From: Patescibacteria group bacterium
GTDB lineage: Bacteria > Patescibacteriota > Patescibacteriia > 2-12-FULL-60-25
DNA: 64,000 bases
Direction: 5' to 3'
Assembly (NCBI GenBank): GCA_029210915.1
Contig: JARGGJ010000004.1
Location: forward strand, 15,327 to 79,326
Made by a program: the position numbers and the translations under genes. Below are positions 61,282 to 64,000 of the stretch, piece by piece. The notes under the pieces are model-generated. The model made no database searches. It saw nothing but the letters and a program-made list of their open reading frames with translations, and had not been told where the DNA came from. Numbering within the stretch: the first letter of the stretch is position 1; each line of letters starts with the position of its first letter.

Positions 61282-61415
61282 TATAACCGGTTAATTTTGC
61301 CGGTTTTTTATTTTTCTACAAAGCGGTCAATATTTAAAGCTATACATCTTTAAGTGATTTTTTTACTTTACTTTGTGCCTAAGATATACTCATAAAATTA
61401 ATTTTAACGATAACT

Positions 61416-62900
61416 ATGAACAAAAACATCGTTTCATTTGTCAGTTTGAGTTTGATGGCAGTATTTTTATTCGGTGGATGCGGGCAAAAGCAAGCTCAAC
61501 CCCAAGAGCAGGTTGTTCTGGAGCAGACTTATAACATCTCGAGGGAATATGTGGCCTTGCGATATGAAACTGATAATGTTTTGATAAATGCGGAAGAATA
61601 TAAGGATTACGGCACTTGGGATAAAGCGATGAGTGAGATTATTAAAAGATGGGAACAAATGGAAAAAGATGCGCAAGAGTTGGAGGGCATGGCAGACGAA
61701 ATGAGTAAGGCTGAAACAAGTTTAAAATTAATTCCTACAGCTTTGGCTTATGATAAGCAAGAGATATCGAATGTTTTTGACAAAGCTCCGGCCGGAAAAA
61801 AGATAGCGACTTTAGCAAAATGCTTGGGCGTTGACGCCAAGCGAGCATATGCGATTTTGACTCAAGATCAGGCGCAGGTAGAGGCGGATGCGTGGAATCA
61901 AGCCGGTGACACGTTCCAAAAGTTGGAATCTTCGGCGGTTGTGATTAAAGACGGTTGTAAAGTAGCGGGTTTTGTAGGCGGTGTTGTTTTGAGCGGAGGA
62001 ACATCCGCAATAGCAGCCGGTTCAACATTGACTAAAGCGGCGGTAGTTATCAGCGGAGCGGATTTGACTTTAGAGGTTACATCGGACGGAGCGAGTATTG
62101 CGCTTGGCAACAATAATAAAATCTCGGCTATTGCCAACGAGGCGCGTAAAGCAACGGAACCGATTGCCACTATTCTGACCATTACGGATATTCCCAATAA
62201 CTTGAACAAAGGAATTGATAAATTCAATGCGGTAATGGTTGGTTTGGAGCAGTTTAGAGGAGCGGCACAAGAAGGAAAAGTTTTAACTATTGCTTTGCCA
62301 ACCTATACGGGTGAAAAAGAAACAAAACCGATTACCCTGGCAACTTTGGAGCCTGCCGAGGTGGAAGATTGGCTAAAAGAAAATGGCACTGCATATAAAG
62401 CGGAGACTGTTGCTGAGGTGGAACAGACTTTAGGAATAAATCAAAAGGACGTCACGGATGGTTCCGGCGAAGATGATGAAGAAGAGGAATCCACCGGAGT
62501 TAATCAGCCGGAGGAGACTGAATCTTCGAATAGTGAACAACCGCAAGATTCTGCAGAGAGCACCAATTCAGCACAGACAATAGCCGGCAGTTATAGTGGG
62601 AGCGCGATTCTGCAACACGTTGAAGAAGACGTTGAGTCTCCTGATAGCCTGCCCGTAACACTACAACTCAACGAGAACGGTACGGGCACGGTAAATGTGA
62701 ATGGTTTTGGCGGTGATGCATATTACGCCGGTAACAAGGTTAATTTTTCCGTGACGATGAAGGAGGATGGTGCGGTGGTAAAGTGCACGTTCGATGGAAT
62801 AGTAACCCGATACGGCAGTCAGATTAGTATTAGTGGCAATATGAGCTTTTCCATGATGGGTGTTGCTTTTGCCTCTTACAGTTGGAGTGCGCAAAAGTAA
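61416..62900 (+). CDS. Hypothetical lipoprotein with an acidic linker
   Basis: 494 aa. LMAVFLFGGC lipobox, central Gly/Ala-rich amphipathic region, DGSGEDDEEEEST linker. Terminator at 63000-63027. Confidence 0.7.
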   Translation: MNKNIVSFVSLSLMAVFLFGGCGQKQAQPQEQVVLEQTYNISREYVALRYETDNVLINAEEYKDYGTWDKAMSEIIKRWEQMEKDAQELEGMADEMSKAETSLKLIPTALAYDKQEISNVFDKAPAGKKIATLAKCLGVDAKRAYAILTQDQAQVEADAWNQAGDTFQKLESSAVVIKDGCKVAGFVGGVVLSGGTSAIAAGSTLTKAAVVISGADLTLEVTSDGASIALGNNNKISAIANEARKATEPIATILTITDIPNNLNKGIDKFNAVMVGLEQFRGAAQEGKVLTIALPTYTGEKETKPITLATLEPAEVEDWLKENGTAYKAETVAEVEQTLGINQKDVTDGSGEDDEEEESTGVNQPEETESSNSEQPQDSAESTNSAQTIAGSYSGSAILQHVEEDVESPDSLPVTLQLNENGTGTVNVNGFGGDAYYAGNKVNFSVTMKEDGAVVKCTFDGIVTRYGSQISISGNMSFSMMGVAFASYSWSAQK

Positions 62901-63077
62901 GCTTCACCTCAATAAAAACCTCCTAATATATAAAAGGTTAAAAAACTCAAGCATTTTAATAGTCCATTACCGAGCACAACAAAATTCACACATTCGCAAA
63001 AAGCCAACTTAAATTGGCTTTTTTGTTTGTTGTGAGCTAGGATTGAATTACTAAAAGCAACAATAAGAACAATTGCA

Positions 63078-63773
63078 ATGAAAGATTTACAACTTCTGTA
63101 TTTAATTGATCGTGCACAGCGTCTTAAACATAAACTTGAGATAATTGGAGACCTCAAATCCGGTAAAGAGGCAACAGTTTATAGGGTTATGCTGGATGGT
63201 GATTTGGTTGCCATGAAGGTTTATGAAGATCCGGAAAAACGAGCGTTTCAAAATACCGGTAAATATTTGGCGGGTAAAACTTACAAAAAAGAATCCGAGA
63301 GAAGGGCTGTGGCAAAAGGAAATAGATTTGCAAAAAAAATGCAACAAGATAATTGGATAAAACGAGAGTTTTCCATATTGAATAAATTGTACAAATTGGG
63401 TGCAAAAATACCAAAGCCGATATTACAAATTGAAAATGCTGTTTTTATGGAGCTATTGGGAGATATGGAAATTGCAGCTCCCAGATTGTGCAATGTTGAA
63501 TTATCTGTCGATCAAGCTCAAAAGGCTTACAAGCAGATTATGGAAAATATTTTAATTTTTTGGAGTGTTGGAATAATCCACGCAGATTTGTCGGAATACA
63601 ACATTCTTTGGTGGAATAATGAAGCTTACATAATAGATTTTCCTCAATGTATAGATTTAAGGACTAATCCGAACTACAAAGAAATTTTAGAAAAGGATAT
63701 CCAAAATATTGTAAGATTTTTTAGCAAATACTTTAAAATTGATTTCAATGAAGTGATGAGTGGGTTTGTTTAG
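63078..63773 (+). CDS. RIO-type atypical serine protein kinase/ATPase
   Basis: 231 aa with RIO hallmarks: SGKEATVYRV (flexible ATP loop), VAMKVY (Lys), IIHADLSEYNILW (catalytic loop), IIDFPQ (metal-binding). Confidence 0.8.
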   Translation: MKDLQLLYLIDRAQRLKHKLEIIGDLKSGKEATVYRVMLDGDLVAMKVYEDPEKRAFQNTGKYLAGKTYKKESERRAVAKGNRFAKKMQQDNWIKREFSILNKLYKLGAKIPKPILQIENAVFMELLGDMEIAAPRLCNVELSVDQAQKAYKQIMENILIFWSVGIIHADLSEYNILWWNNEAYIIDFPQCIDLRTNPNYKEILEKDIQNIVRFFSKYFKIDFNEVMSGFV

Positions 63774-64000
63774 AACTATTTATCCAAAAAAGCCAATTAT
63801 ATTGGCTTTTTCAAGTTTTAAGAGCTACCGAAGGTTTGATAAATGTAACGAAATAGTGTATGAATACGTTCCAATGGCTACGTATGAACAAACCCATAAA
63901 CAGATCTAAAGTAAGATTGCTGGCAGGCCGGTTTTTTTACACTTTAAAAAAGTATTGTTATTGGCATTTTTCGAATACTGATTTCGCAAGCAAAAGAGAT

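Noticed and set aside
1-64000. Alternative genetic code (UGA as a sense codon, as in some candidate phyla)
   Set aside because: All long conserved genes (rpoB, rpoC, gyrA, leuS, ftsK) read uninterrupted under code 11. TGA also terminates ORF526 and the 60961 gene at positions followed by terminators.

Overview
Gene-dense bacterial chromosome segment that reads under the standard code 11. It is mostly housekeeping genes. On the minus strand: smc-like, gyrA, ruvC, yebC, rpoC, rpoB, a rodZ-like gene, ftsK, recA, comEC, trxB, ugd, leuS and a lexA-to-dinB operon. On the plus strand: rbfA, nrnA, clpP and a malic enzyme. Small accessory genes fill 56-64 kb. Gene content includes a four-helix-bundle protein, very large secreted Cys-rich proteins, ComEC and little metabolism, and most core genes lack a Shine-Dalgarno site. 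This suggests a small-genome uncultivated lineage such as Patescibacteria/CPR, but that is inference only. No rRNA, tRNA, CRISPR array, transposase or integrase was seen. Three things stand out. (1) A plus-strand insert at 26.7-30.8 kb, just upstream of the rpoB promoter, has atypical composition. It carries orphan ORFs of 246 and 526 aa, a roughly 430-nt structured non-coding stretch, a structured leader and a small RNA candidate. Each unit has its own TTGACA-17-nt promoter and its own terminator. I could not assign it to any known system. (2) The window is full of short repeat families. Long intergenic hairpins have arms built from degenerate tandem 8-11-mers. GC-rich palindromes of the form CCCCC-TTGACA-GGGGG also occur. 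Several copies sit in frame inside conserved genes (dinB, leuS, malic enzyme), and copies also lie at the 5' end of ruvC. (3) Near-identical GAAC-N7-GAAC direct-repeat boxes lie upstream of lexA and recA and are candidate SOS operators. Hand-located motif coordinates are approximate (+/-2 nt), because homopolymer runs are hard to count by eye. All functional calls rest on motif recognition, not on searches.
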